DNA from: an uncultured delta proteobacterium
GTDB taxonomy: Bacteria > Desulfobacterota > Binatia > UBA9968
Length of the DNA stretch: 64,000 nucleotides
Reading direction: 5' to 3'
Assembly (NCBI GenBank): GCA_963745035.1
Contig: CAVUVW010000019.1
Span: forward strand, 192,001-256,000
Part shown: positions 33,085 to 44,230 of the stretch, piece after piece
Layout of the letters: each line of letters starts with the position of its first letter
How positions within the stretch are numbered: position 1 is the stretch's first letter
Position numbers and translations under genes: made by a program
Notes under the pieces: generated by a model
What the model saw: the letters and a program-made list of their open reading frames with translations, nothing else
What the model was told of the DNA's origin: nothing
Databases searched by the model: none

Positions 33085-34104
33085 ATGGTGTGCTGTAAGA
33101 ACCTGAGACGTGTAACCGGCCTGCTTTGCCTCGTCTTGGCAGTTACGTGGCCTGCGGTTGGTCTCGGCCAAAGCCTCGATGAGCTGCACAAGCTCGCGGT
33201 CAAAGAAGGTGGAACGCTGAACTTCTATGCCACCTTGGCGCAGGTGAACGCGGAAAAGATCTTGCCGGTGTTCGAAAAACGATTTCCTGGGATCAAGATC
33301 AATCATGTCGATGCCACTTCGGACAAATTGGTGGCCCGCGCGGTGACCGAAGCGCGAGGAGGCAAAACTTTAGCGGATGTCCTGCAAGTTCCGCTTGAAA
33401 ACGTCACCCAGGCCCACGATCAGGGCTTGCTGCTCGATACCAACTTGCCGGAAGCGGCCGAATATCCCGCGGGGTTGAAGGGGCCTTTTTGGACCTCCTC
33501 GGACCTGCAATATTTCATTGCCGCCTGGAACACCAGTCTGGTTAAGAAGGAAGAAGAACCGAAGAGCTACGACGATTTTCTCCATCCGCGCTGGAAGGGC
33601 CGTTTGATCGCCGAGCCGCGTGATCTAGAGATGCTGCTCGCGTTCGCCAAGTACCGCTTCAAGAGCGATGAAAAGGCGATCGATTATTGGAAAAAGATCG
33701 CCGCTCAAAATGTCGAATTCCACAAAGGTCATTCGCAGTTGGCGGAGCTGCTGGTCGCCGGGCAGGCGGCGGCATGCTTGACCTGCTACTCGCACCATTA
33801 TCCGAGCCGAATCAAGAAAGGCGCGCCGGTCAACTACATGCTGAGCGAGGGTGTGGCGTCGATCAACGCCACGGCCATCTTCAAAGGCGCGCCGCATCCG
33901 AACACCGCGACCTTGTTCGCACGCTGGGTAGCGAGCCAGGAGGGCCAGAAGGTCATGTCTCAAGGCGGGCGCAATCCGGCGCATCCGAAGGTCGATCCAG
34001 TCGAGAAAACCAAGACCGATAAGACATACTTCATCACGGTAGCCGATCTGAAAGAGTTTCCGAAGTACGACAAGATTTGGAAAGAAATTTTCAAATTGAG
34101 ATAG
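33085..34104 (+). CDS. ABC extracellular solute-binding protein, paralog 4
   Basis: CLTCYSHH, ends KEIFKLR. Confidence 0.9.
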   Translation: MVCCKNLRRVTGLLCLVLAVTWPAVGLGQSLDELHKLAVKEGGTLNFYATLAQVNAEKILPVFEKRFPGIKINHVDATSDKLVARAVTEARGGKTLADVLQVPLENVTQAHDQGLLLDTNLPEAAEYPAGLKGPFWTSSDLQYFIAAWNTSLVKKEEEPKSYDDFLHPRWKGRLIAEPRDLEMLLAFAKYRFKSDEKAIDYWKKIAAQNVEFHKGHSQLAELLVAGQAAACLTCYSHHYPSRIKKGAPVNYMLSEGVASINATAIFKGAPHPNTATLFARWVASQEGQKVMSQGGRNPAHPKVDPVEKTKTDKTYFITVADLKEFPKYDKIWKEIFKLR

Positions 34105-34143
34105 CGCGCCGGCTGGCTGCGCCTATCGATCGAGGGTAACTTT

Positions 34144-35868
34144 ATGGCGACTGCGGCACTCCCGCGCACTGGCAGAGCGAGCCTGTCTTTGGATCCGGCG
34201 CTGCTGATCCCCGTGGTCGGCGCCGGCATCCTGGTCTATCTGGCGGTTCTGCCGCTGTTCATGCTTTTTCTCGGCAGCTTTCAGGCGGAAGTCGCGCCAC
34301 GGGAGTTCGTCTACACGCTTAAGAACTACCATGCCGCCTACGCCAGCGAATACACCTACTCGACTTTTCTCAACTCATTGATCTTTGCCTCGGGCTCCGC
34401 GGGGCTCAGTTTCATTCTTGGCACCATGCTCGCCTGGTTCACCGAGCGGACCAATACGCCGTTGCGCGGGATATTCGTGCCTGTTGCGGTGGTGCCTTTG
34501 ATTCTTCCCGGTGTCCTGGAGTCGATCGCGTGGATTTTTCTCTTGAGTCCGAAGTTTGGTTACCTCAACGTTTGGTTGATGAATTTGTTCGGCCTCCAGT
34601 CGCCGCCCTTCAACGTTTTTTCCTTGCCGGGCATGATCTGGGTCCATTCAGTGGGCCAGGTGCCTTTGGCGTTTCTGCTGATGGTGGCGGCGTTCAAATC
34701 CATGGACCCTTCGCTCGAAGAATCGGCGATGATGTCCGGTGCTAATACTTGGCAGACCTTTCGCCGCGTAACTCTGCGCCTACTGATGCCGACAGCGGGC
34801 TCGGTGCTGTTGATTTTGTTCGTACGTACCTTGGAATCCTTCGAAACCCCGGCGCTTATCGGCATCCCCGCCCGCATCTATGTTTATACCAGCGAGATTT
34901 ATCTGGCGTTCAATGAATATCCGCCGGATTATGGGCGCGGCGGCGCGCTGGCGGTGGGCTTGCTGCTGTTGAGCGCTGTCGGTGTGTGGTTGTACACGCG
35001 CGCGACCAAGGAAGGAAAGAAGTTTCAAACCGTGACCGGCAAGGCGTTTCGACCTCGACAGTTCGATCTCGGCGCCTGGCGTTGGGCCGGTTTCGGATTC
35101 TTGTCCGGTTATTTCTTATTCGTCGTCCTGCTGCCGTTTTTGGTGTTGTTCTGGGCGTCATTTCTGCCGTTCTTCGCGGCGCCGAGTTGGGATGCCGTGA
35201 GCAAGCTCAGTCTCGACAACTATCGCTATCTGTCAGGCTTTCGCCCCTTTTGGGATGCGATGCAGAACAGCATCATCCTCTCTACATTGACGGCGACTGT
35301 GGCGATGGTGCTGACCTCACTGGTGGCGTGGATCGTTTACAAAAGCCGGTTGCCGGGTTCGTGGGTTCTCGATTTTCTCGCCTTCGTGCCGATTACGATC
35401 CCCGGGATCGTTATGGGCATGGCATTGATTCTGCTCTATGTCGCCTTTCCGATTCCGATTTACGGCACGATCTGGGTTTTGCTGATCGCCTATGTTACCC
35501 GCTTTATTCCTTACGGCATGCGCGCGGCGTCAGGGTCGATTTTACAAATTCACAGCGAATTGGAGGAGGCCGCGGCGGCCTCCGGCGCTTCCTGGTGGGA
35601 GTCGTTCAAACGGGTTACGTTGCCGCTGTTACGGCCCGGCTTGGCGGCGGGCTGGATTTACATCTGCATCGTGTCGTTTCGGGAATTTTCCACGTCCGTC
35701 TTGCTGGCGACGGGCGAAAGCCGTGTGCTCTCGATTCTTCTGTTCACCATGTTCGAGCAGGGGCAAGTGACCGTGGTCGCGGCCATCGGCGTGTTGATGA
35801 TTGCGGTCTTGCTTTCGATCGTGGCGGTATTCTATAAGCTTACCGGCAAGGTCGGGCTACAGACTTGA
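34144..35868 (+). CDS. FbpB-type fused ABC permease
   Basis: Two EAA loops (LEESAMMSGA, LEEAAAASGA). Confidence 0.95.
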   Translation: MATAALPRTGRASLSLDPALLIPVVGAGILVYLAVLPLFMLFLGSFQAEVAPREFVYTLKNYHAAYASEYTYSTFLNSLIFASGSAGLSFILGTMLAWFTERTNTPLRGIFVPVAVVPLILPGVLESIAWIFLLSPKFGYLNVWLMNLFGLQSPPFNVFSLPGMIWVHSVGQVPLAFLLMVAAFKSMDPSLEESAMMSGANTWQTFRRVTLRLLMPTAGSVLLILFVRTLESFETPALIGIPARIYVYTSEIYLAFNEYPPDYGRGGALAVGLLLLSAVGVWLYTRATKEGKKFQTVTGKAFRPRQFDLGAWRWAGFGFLSGYFLFVVLLPFLVLFWASFLPFFAAPSWDAVSKLSLDNYRYLSGFRPFWDAMQNSIILSTLTATVAMVLTSLVAWIVYKSRLPGSWVLDFLAFVPITIPGIVMGMALILLYVAFPIPIYGTIWVLLIAYVTRFIPYGMRAASGSILQIHSELEEAAAASGASWWESFKRVTLPLLRPGLAAGWIYICIVSFREFSTSVLLATGESRVLSILLFTMFEQGQVTVVAAIGVLMIAVLLSIVAVFYKLTGKVGLQT

Positions 35869-35888
35869 TAGATCGGTAAAGGCACCCT

Positions 35889-37014
35889 GTGATTGAAATT
35901 AAGTCGCTAGTAAAAATTTTCGCGGATGGCGATAACGCCGGCGTCAAAGCCGTCAACGATATTTCTTTTAACGTTGAAGAAGGTCGCTTTTATACTCTTC
36001 TCGGCCCGTCCGGGTGCGGCAAAACAACAACGTTACGGTGCATCGCCGGATTGGAAAAAGCCAACGAAGGCGAAATTCTTGTCGCCGGCAAGAAAGTCTT
36101 TTCCGCCCGCGATGGAACGTTTGTCCCCGCATATCGCCGGCCTATAGGAATGGTTTTTCAAAGTTATGCGATCTGGCCGCACATGACGGTGTTCGAAAAC
36201 GTCGCGTTTCCTTTGCGCGTCGGCAAGGAGCGCGTGAGCAGCGCGGAGGTGCAGAAAAAGGTAAGGGCGGCGCTCTCCCAGGTCGAGTTGGGCGGCTACG
36301 AAGACCGCATGGCCACCCAGCTTTCCGGCGGTCAGCAACAGCGCCTTGCTCTGGCGCGAGCGCTGGTGCGCGAGCCCCAGGTGCTGCTCCTGGACGAGCC
36401 GCTGAGCAATCTGGACGCCAAGCTACGCGAAAGAATGCGCTTTGAGCTGCGCGAATTGCAGCGCCGTCTGCGCATTACGACTCTCTATGTCACCCACGAC
36501 CAAATCGAAGCGCTGTCCATGTCCAACGTCATCGCCGTGATGAATTCCGGCGTGATCGTTCAGGAAGGGCGCGCCGCGGGATATCTATCTCCAGCCGAAG
36601 AGCCAATTCGTCGCCAACTTTATCGGTTCGACCAACCAATTGACCGGCGAGATCGCGCGCATGGACGGCGGCACCAGCGCACTGGTGAAGACCGGCGATG
36701 GGGACATTACCTGCAGCCTGCTCGAAGGCTTGAAGGTCGGCAGTAAAGTGGTCGTGGTGGTGCGGCCGGAAAGCATCAACCTGCACCAGCAAAAGCCCGC
36801 CCATTGCACCAACATGCTCGAAGGCAAGATCGGCGCGGCAATGTTTCTCGGCGAGTATGTGGACTGCACCGTCGAGCTCGGCAAGAACGTCTTGCAAACC
36901 CACCAGCGCTACACCCTGCAAGTGCGCCGCGGCGACCCGGTTTGGGTCGAGTTGCCGGCCGGCGAATGCATGGCGCTGCCAGCCGAGCAGCCGACCAGTG
37001 CACCGCTGCCGTAG
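35889..37014 (+). CDS. ABC ATPase, FbpC/PotA type with TOBE domain (frameshift near 36570)
   Basis: GPSGCGKT, LSGGQQQR, LLLDEP, VTHDQ. Confidence 0.95.
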
Positions 37015-37124
37015 ACGTTTACCTTTTTTTCGTTCGGTTGATTCCCACAAGACGACCGAGTTTAATCAGCATCACGCCGCCACGGCGTTTGTGTCGGAGA
37101 CGATTCCAAGGGAGGGTTGATCTC

Positions 37125-38117
37125 ATGAACCATCGAGTCGGCATACGGCTGTGGCTTGGTCTTCTCGCGGTACTCGGCGGCTCGGTTGTCGCTACCGCCC
37201 AGGAGCGCGTCAAGATCGCCTATAGCTCGGCGGACGCATCCAACGTCGTATGGTTTACCGCCTTGGATGCCGGTATTTATCGCAAGCACGGTTTGGACGT
37301 CGAGTTGATCTTTATTCAAAGCTCGACCATGAGCGTGTCAACTTTAGTCTCGGGCGATATTCAGATTGCGAACAGCTCCGGAGGCGCAGTGGCGAGTGCT
37401 GTCGTGGCTGGGGCCAATCTGGTGATGACTGCGTGCTACATCAATACGTTGCCGTACGAGTTGGTGGTTCAGGAGTCGGTCAAGTCGATTGAAGACTTGA
37501 GAGGAAAGCACGTTGGCATCAGCCGCGTGGGAAGTGCTTCGGATGTCGCGGCAAGGGTGCTGATAAAAGGGCTGGGTTTGGAGCCGGTAAAGGACGTGCC
37601 GATCATGCAGGTGGGTGGCCCGTCAGAGCGAGCGGCGGCTTTTCGCACAGGCAAGATCGTCGGCTTTCCATCACCGCCCGGAACGATTCACCTCGCCAAA
37701 GGCATGCCCCATCGGATCATGATCAGCACGGCGGATTTTAAAAAGCGTTTCGATTTTCCGTACATTTGCTCGACTACCGCAAAAAATTATCTGGCCGGTA
37801 ACAGGGAAACCATGAGAAAGCTCACGATGGCGCTCATCGAAGCGACCCATTTTCTCAAGAGCCGCAAGCAAGACACTATGAAATTCATCGCCAAGTACAC
37901 GCGTCAGAATAACCCGCAGTTTTTAGAGTCATCCTGGGCCGCCAACGTAAAGTTGCACGATCGCGTTCCGCTGGTAACCCGGGAAGGTACCGAGGTCCAG
38001 ATCAAAGAGGCGCTGGCGCGAAAACCCGGCGCTACCTTGCGTGTCGAGGATATCGTCGACGACAGCATCGTGAGAGAACTAGAGAAGAGCGGGTTCATCG
38101 ACAAAGTGTACAAGTGA
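37125..38117 (+). CDS. NitT/TauT-family ABC substrate-binding protein
   Basis: Signal peptide; LRGKHVGISRVGSASD. Confidence 0.85.
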   Translation: MNHRVGIRLWLGLLAVLGGSVVATAQERVKIAYSSADASNVVWFTALDAGIYRKHGLDVELIFIQSSTMSVSTLVSGDIQIANSSGGAVASAVVAGANLVMTACYINTLPYELVVQESVKSIEDLRGKHVGISRVGSASDVAARVLIKGLGLEPVKDVPIMQVGGPSERAAAFRTGKIVGFPSPPGTIHLAKGMPHRIMISTADFKKRFDFPYICSTTAKNYLAGNRETMRKLTMALIEATHFLKSRKQDTMKFIAKYTRQNNPQFLESSWAANVKLHDRVPLVTREGTEVQIKEALARKPGATLRVEDIVDDSIVRELEKSGFIDKVYK

Positions 38118-38177
38118 CGGAGCCCATCGCGTGAAATGTTTGAGCATCCAATGTTCGAAAGCTTCTATCGCTCCAAA

Positions 38178-38271
38178 AAAATCCCCCTCTCTCCCCCTTT
38201 GACAAAGGGGGATGATCGACGTAGCCCGACTTTTACCCCTCTTTGAAAAAGAGGGGACAGGGGAGATTTTT
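38178..38271. repeat. CCCCT...AGGGG double-hairpin REP-like element
   Basis: aaatccccctctctccccctttgacaaaggggg ... cccctctttgaaaaagaggggacaggggagattt; half copy at 51969. Confidence 0.8.
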
Positions 38272-38301
38272 GACTGCGAGAATCGCGAGCACGAATAACC
38301 C

Positions 38302-38899
38302 ATGATCGTCGCCGTCGTTCTCTCCGCCGGTGAATCGAGCCGCATGGGACGGCCCAAGGCGCTTGTTGCCCAATCGACGGCGAGACTTTCATCGAAAGAA
38401 TCGTCGCCGCGCTCAAGAAGACCTCGCGTCGGCCAAATCATCGTCATCTCGGGCCACAACGCCGATGAGATTGAGCGGCGAATCGAGCATCTGCCGGTCG
38501 AGATTCTGATCAACCCGGATTACAAGCTGGGTCAGTTGTCCTCGCTGCAAGTCGCCGTGCGGCGCTTGGAAAAGGATCGCCGACTGCGACGGCATGCTCG
38601 TCCACCTCGTCGATCATCCCTACATCGATCGCCGAACTGGTGGACGACCATGATCGAGCGCTTCTACGAAAGCGGCAAGCTCATCGTCGTGCCGCGTCAT
38701 GGCGGCAAGCGCGGTCATCCGGTGATTTTTTCGCGCAAGCTGTTCGGCGAACTGCTCGCGGCGCCCATGGATCAGGGCGCCAAGGCCGTGGTCAACGCGC
38801 ACCGCGACGAGACGCTGGAGATCGAGACTGAAGGATGAGGGCATCACCGTCGACATCGATACGCCGGAGCTGTACCGGCAACATGTTAAAGGAGAGTAG
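38302..38899 (+). CDS. mocA: Molybdenum cofactor cytidylyltransferase-like nucleotidyltransferase (several frameshifts)
   Basis: LSAGESSRMGRPKAL, NPDYKLGQLSSL, RGHPVIF, DIDTPE. Confidence 0.75.
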
Positions 38900-39874
38900 A
38901 TGGCGAAGCTGAACCTGACTCTGGCGTGCGGCGACTATGATTTTTTACGCCCGTTGATCAACGGCGAGATTCAACCCCAGGGCATCGAGTTGAATGTTTT
39001 AACCATGGCTTCGCCCGAGCGCCACGGGCGCATGCTGCGCCACGAAGAATTCGACATCTGCGAGCTCTCGCTGATCGGCTATTTGGTATCGCGCGACAAA
39101 GGCTGCAACTACAACGCCATCCCGGTTTTCCCGCACCGGCGTTTTCGCCACCAGTACATGGTCAAGCGAACGGGTTGCGGCATCGAAAAGCCGTCCGATC
39201 TCAACGGCAAGCGGGTCGCTCTGGATACTTTGCAGAACTCCGCGGGTTTGTGGATGCGCGGCATTCTGCAGGACCACTACGGCGTGGATCTGAAGACCAT
39301 CGAATGGTGGTGCCAGGAAGAAGAGGACATTCGCGTTCGAGCCCGCCGCGTGGATGAACGTCAAGCGCGTGCCGCATGGCAAGAATGTCGACCAGATGCT
39401 GCTCGACGGCGAGCTTGAGGCCGCACTCTATCCGGAGACATTGCCGTCGATCCGCAGCGGCAACCCGAAAGTCGCTCTGCTTTTCCCCGACCCGAAGAAG
39501 GCCGAGATCGAGTACTACAAAAACGGCGGCTTTTTTCCGATCATGCACACCGTGGTAGTGAAGAATCCGATCTTGGCGGAGCATCCCTGGGTCGGGAATC
39601 AGCTTGGTGCGAGCATTTCAGCAAGCGAAAGAGATCTGCTACGCGCGCAACAGCGACCCGCGCAGCTTCGCCTTGGTCTGGGTTCAGGATCTCATGCGCG
39701 AGCAGAAGGAAATCTTCGGCCCGGATCCATGGCCCTACAATTTGGAAGACAATCGCAAGGCTTTGGAAGCGGTTATCCGGTACGAGTTCGAGCAAGGGAT
39801 GATCAAGAAAAAGCCGGCTGGTGGAGGAGTTATTTTTCCCGCCGAGCTTGCAGCGGATCCAGCATTACGTCTGA
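38900..39874 (+). CDS. 4,5-dihydroxyphthalate decarboxylase-like protein (frameshifts)
   Basis: LTLACGDYD, FDICELS, IPVFPHRRFRH, FPIMHTVVV, DPWPYNLEDNR. Confidence 0.75.
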
Positions 39875-39887
39875 TCTTTCATTTCTA

Positions 39888-39973
39888 TGCCATTCCGGCG
39901 AAGGCCGGAATCCGGTGTTTTCTTAGGTGCTCTGAAGAGAAGAACCTGGATGGCGGCCTACGCCGGCATGACG
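39888..39973. repeat. GTCATTCC-type REP-like inverted pair
   Basis: tgccattccggcgaaggccggaatccgg ... ctggatggcggcctacgccggcatgacg. Confidence 0.8.
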
Positions 39974-39980
39974 AACATGC

Positions 39981-41180
39981 TTACTGCGATGTCCTCGATG
40001 ATGGGGCAGCCACGACAGGAGGCGGGAAACTGAACTCTTCCTCGATCGAGTTGTCGATCCCATAGCGCAGCAGTTCTTTCACGTCGAATTTCGTTTCATC
40101 TTCCTCGACCTCATCGAAGCGCGCCTTGGTAGCCGGGTGTTTCGGCACGAAGAGCTGGCAGCAGTCCTGATCGGGAATCGACGATATCTCGAACGTGCCG
40201 ATGCGGCGGGCTTGATCGATGATTTCCTGCTTGTCCATGCCGACCAGCGGACGCAGAATCGGCAGGCGCGCCGCCTGTTGGATCACCGCCATGTTGTCGA
40301 GCGTCTGTGATGCTACTTGACCCAGGCTTTCGCCGGTGACGAGAGCTTTGGCTTTCTCTTTGCGCGCGATCGCTTCGGCGATGCGCAGCATCATTCTGCG
40401 ATAGAGCACGACGCGCAGCGGCCGGGCGACGGCGGCGACGATCTGGCGCTGGATCTCGCCGAAAGGCACGAGATAGAGCCGCGAGGCGAATTGATGCCGG
40501 GTCAGCACGCTCAGCAATTGGCGGACTTTTTCCTGGGAAGTCTTGTCTTGAAACGGCGCGCTGTGAAAATGGACAAAGATCAGCCGGCAGCCGCGCTGCA
40601 TCATGCGGTACGCCGCAACGGGTGAATCGATCCCTCCTGAGATAAGGGCCACGAGCCGTCCGCTGGCGCCGACCGGCAATCCGCCGGCGCCGGGAATTTT
40701 GTTGAAGCCGAAAAATGCGTCGCGCGGCAGGATTTCCACAGTTACTGTGAATGCGGCGTTTTCCAGATCGACTCGAGCCCCGGATTTCGCCTTGACCGCG
40801 GCGCCGAGCTGCCGATTGATTTCCGGTGAAGTCATGGGAAAGGTTTTGTCGCCGCTTTGAGTTTCGATGCGAAAGGATTCGAAACGCGCGCCGTTCAATG
40901 AATCCAAGATCCGGCTCTGCAGCGCGTCGATGTCGCGCTCGGTGCGCTCGACGATGGAGAAGTTCGCGACGCCGAATACCGTGCCCATGCGCTCGATGAG
41001 GGTCGCAAGCGGAACGTCATTTTTGAAAGTGAGCAGCAGGCGCGCCGGCAGGCTGCGAATGTCTTTCGCTCCGAGATCTTTGACCGCGGCGAGCAAATTT
41101 CGCTTGAGCAGCTCGGTGAAATAGGCGCGGTTGCCTTTCTTGAGGGCGATCTCATGATAGCGAATGAGCACCGAATCCAT
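39981..41180 (-). CDS. thiI: tRNA 4-thiouridine sulfurtransferase ThiI (short form, no rhodanese domain)
   Basis: EIALKKGNR, THUMP domain, PP-loop SGGIDSPVA, TGESLGQVASQT, DCC. Confidence 0.95.
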   Translation of the reverse strand: MDSVLIRYHEIALKKGNRAYFTELLKRNLLAAVKDLGAKDIRSLPARLLLTFKNDVPLATLIERMGTVFGVANFSIVERTERDIDALQSRILDSLNGARFESFRIETQSGDKTFPMTSPEINRQLGAAVKAKSGARVDLENAAFTVTVEILPRDAFFGFNKIPGAGGLPVGASGRLVALISGGIDSPVAAYRMMQRGCRLIFVHFHSAPFQDKTSQEKVRQLLSVLTRHQFASRLYLVPFGEIQRQIVAAVARPLRVVLYRRMMLRIAEAIARKEKAKALVTGESLGQVASQTLDNMAVIQQAARLPILRPLVGMDKQEIIDQARRIGTFEISSIPDQDCCQLFVPKHPATKARFDEVEEDETKFDVKELLRYGIDNSIEEEFSFPPPVVAAPSSRTSQ

Positions 41181-41267
41181 GCGTCACTGATAACAGATCC
41201 ACTGTGCTTTTGCATGTAACTACCCCTATGGTACTATCCCCTCAAGACTGCCCGCGGGGAGCTATCC

Positions 41268-41594
41268 ATGAGCAACTTCAAAAAGATTTCGGACGCCATG
41301 CAATTTTCCTCTGAAAAGATGAAAAAAAATGGCGTCTTCGAAACCGACAGATTCTTCTGCGACACCTATTGTTTCGAGCCGGGACAGGAGCAAAGCCCGC
41401 ACACCCACGGCGGGGAGGACAAGGTCTATTACGTTCTCGAAGGCAAAGGGCTGTTCACGGTCGGAGACGAGCAGCGCGAGCTTGGACCGGGAGAGATCGT
41501 GCTCGCGCCCGCCGGCCAAAACCACGGCGTCGCCAACCGCAGCCAGCAAAAGCTCGTGACTCTGGTATTTGTCACGCCCAAGCCGCACCATTAG
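41268..41594 (+). CDS. Cupin domain protein
   Basis: PGQEQSPHTH...YYVLEG, PAGQNHGV. Confidence 0.9.
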   Translation: MSNFKKISDAMQFSSEKMKKNGVFETDRFFCDTYCFEPGQEQSPHTHGGEDKVYYVLEGKGLFTVGDEQRELGPGEIVLAPAGQNHGVANRSQQKLVTLVFVTPKPHH

Positions 41595-41598
41595 CGCC

Positions 41599-42025
41599 AT
41601 GACTTCGGAAGAAAAAGACGTCGCGCAAGCCAACGAAAGCTTCTATCGCGCTTTCGAAAGTCTCGACATCAAGCGCATGGAGTCGGTATGGGCCAACGAC
41701 CGCGAGATCCAGTGCGGTCATCCGGGTTGGAGCATTCTGCGCGGGTGGCAGCCGGTGATGGAGAGCTGGCGGCAGATTTTTGACAACACGCCGAAAATTC
41801 ATTTCATGCTGACCGACTTGACCATCGAAGTGCGCGGCGACCATCGCCTGGGTGACGCTTTACGAAAATCTCAACAGCTCACTGGAAGGACAAAATCTCG
41901 CCGCGACCATTCTTACGACGAACATTTTCCGCAGAGGCGCCGACGGCTGGCGCATGATTCATCACCACGGCTCATCCGTCGCCCAAGCCGCGCCGCCGCA
42001 AGACGAGACGCCGACCGTACATTGA
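41599..42025 (+). CDS. SnoaL/NTF2-like protein (frameshift near 41843)
   Basis: ANESFYRAFE, CGHPGW...GW...SW, WRMIHHHGS. Confidence 0.85.
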
Positions 42026-42050
42026 TCTCGCGTTTTTCTTGGTCTCACCC

Positions 42051-42772
42051 ATGAAAAGCCTGGAAGGCAAGGTTGCGCTGGTCACCGGCGCTGGGCGAGG
42101 CATCGGAAAAGCCATCGCGCTGTTGCTTGCTAAAAGCGGCTGCCGCGTGATCCTGGCTGCCCGCACCACGGCTCAACTCGAAGAAGTAAGAAAAGAAATC
42201 GAGCACGGCGGAGGCGCTGCGCAAGTAGTCGAAGCAGACCTCGCGCGCGATGAAGATATCGAGAGTCTTACCGCGGAAGGCCGGCGCGCCTACGGTAGCG
42301 TCGATATTCTGATCAATAACGCAGGCTGGGGCCGGCGCGCGCCGGTTGAACGATTGAAGGTGGAGGATTTGGATCAGACACTGCGGGTGAATTTGCGCGC
42401 GCCCATGCTGCTGGCGAAGTATCTCGTGCCCGGCATGATCGAAAAAGGCGAGGGGGCGGTCATCAATATCGGTTCCGTATCCGGCAAGAGCGGCGAAGCC
42501 AACGGGGCAGCTTACTCAGCGTCGAAGTTCGGTTTGATCGGATTCACACAGTCGCTCTACGAAGAGGTGCGCGAGCACGACATCAAAGTCGCCGTGATCT
42601 TGCCGGGCTTCGTCGACACACCGATGATTCCGCCGGTCAAGCACTTGGATCGCAGCAAGATGATTCAAGCCGACGATGTTGCTCAAGCGGTTCTACTACG
42701 TCCTGACTTCGCCGGCCACGTGCTTGTCCGGTGGAAATCACGATCCGACCGCAGAGAACGCCGTATCGGTAG
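42051..42772 (+). CDS. SDR family oxidoreductase (C-terminal frameshifts)
   Basis: TGAGRGIG, NNAG, YSASK. Confidence 0.9.
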
Positions 42773-42781
42773 ACATGAGGA

Positions 42782-42869
42782 CTCACCGCAGAGGCGCAGA
42801 GGTCGCGGAGTCGGAGTATTCTTTCCAAAAAAATCTTTATCTCGGCGTGCTTGGCGGCTCTGCGGTGAG
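42782..42869. repeat. CACCGCAGAG...CTCTGCGGTG element, copy 2
   Basis: ctcaccgcagaggcgcagagg ... ggctctgcggtgag. Confidence 0.8.
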
Positions 42870-42930
42870 AGTATCCTGTTCGGCTGTCGGTTGGGCTCTA
42901 CTGCGCTGGTTGTGGAGATAGCGTGATTCG

Positions 42931-43611
42931 TCAGGTGCACATCTTCTGCAGCAGCGGGAGCGTGACTTCCTCCAGACTTTCGACGACGACGTCGGCTTCG
43001 CCAAGCAGGTCCGCCGGATGAGAATTCGTCACGGCCAAGCACTTCATGCCGGCGCGGCGCGCGCCGCGGACGCCTTCCTTCGAATCTTCGATCACGACGC
43101 AGTCGGCAGACTCGATGGGTGAGTTCTTTTGCGGAGCATTGAGCGCGGCGAGAGCCTTCAAGAAAATCTCCGGCTCGGGCTTACCGCGCGTTACGTCTTC
43201 GGCACTCACGATGGCGTCGAAATGATCGAGCAATCCGGCTGTCTGTAGAATCGTCTCGATTTCCTGTCGCAATGCGCCGGAAGCGACAGCCAGCGGTAGG
43301 ATTCCATCAAGCGAAGCGACCAGGTTTTTCACGCCGGGAAAAATCGCCACCTGCTCGCGGATTGCGTCCTGGTAGTAGGCCGCCTTGCGCTCGATCAGTC
43401 GATGAAGCTTGGTATCATCCAACGGCCGTCCGTTCTCGCGAAAGCCGGCTGTGAAGGCGCCGCGATCGTCGAATCCCAGGTAGCGGGCGTAGTAAGCTTC
43501 TTCGGTAAGAACGATTCCTTCTTCGCCGAGAACTTTTTGAAAAAGTCGAAAGTGGATCGGCTCGTCGTCGACGATGATGCCGTTGAAGTCAAAAATGACC
43601 GCTCTTAGCAT
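42931..43611 (-). CDS. HAD family phosphatase
   Basis: IFDFNG, VASG, KPEPEIF, VIEDS. Confidence 0.9.
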   Translation of the reverse strand: MLRAVIFDFNGIIVDDEPIHFRLFQKVLGEEGIVLTEEAYYARYLGFDDRGAFTAGFRENGRPLDDTKLHRLIERKAAYYQDAIREQVAIFPGVKNLVASLDGILPLAVASGALRQEIETILQTAGLLDHFDAIVSAEDVTRGKPEPEIFLKALAALNAPQKNSPIESADCVVIEDSKEGVRGARRAGMKCLAVTNSHPADLLGEADVVVESLEEVTLPLLQKMCT

Positions 43612-43670
43612 GATTGACGATCGCAGAATTCCTCTTTTGTTTCAACTGAATATCGGCTAGAAGGGAAAGT

Positions 43671-44222
43671 ATGGCATCAGACCACGATCAACATCATGCC
43701 GCGCATCATCACGGCCATATCGAGTACCGCTTCTGTCCGCGGTGCGGCGGCAACTTGGATCGCCGCATCGTCAAGGCGAACGAGCCCAAGCGGCTGGTTT
43801 GCCAGGCCTGCTCCTTCATCTTCTATCAAGATCCAAAGGTCGTTGCCGGAACCGTTTTTACGCTCGACGGCGGCATTCCGCTCTTGAAGCGTGGCGTCGA
43901 GCCCGCCCTTGGCAAATGGGTATTTCCGGGCGGCTATGTCGATCGAGGAGAGAGCGTGCGCGATGCCGCTGTTCGTGAGACGAAGGAAGAATGTCAACTG
44001 GACGTTAAATTGTGTTCTCTGCTGAACGTCTACTCTTATCCGCGTTCACCCAACGTCATCGTCGTCTATGCCGCGGAAGTAATCGGCGGCGAGCTTGCAG
44101 CCGCGGATGAATGCGCGGAAGCGCGCATCTTCCTGCCGGGGGAAATACCCTGGGATGATCTTGCCTTCGACAGCACCCGGGATGCGCTCAAGGACTACAT
44201 CGGCTCTTATCTAAAATCCTAG
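43671..44222 (+). CDS. Zinc-ribbon NUDIX hydrolase
   Basis: FCPRCG...CQAC, GGYVDRGESVRDAAVRETKEE. Confidence 0.9.
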   Translation: MASDHDQHHAAHHHGHIEYRFCPRCGGNLDRRIVKANEPKRLVCQACSFIFYQDPKVVAGTVFTLDGGIPLLKRGVEPALGKWVFPGGYVDRGESVRDAAVRETKEECQLDVKLCSLLNVYSYPRSPNVIVVYAAEVIGGELAAADECAEARIFLPGEIPWDDLAFDSTRDALKDYIGSYLKS

Positions 44223-44230
44223 TGGACTCC

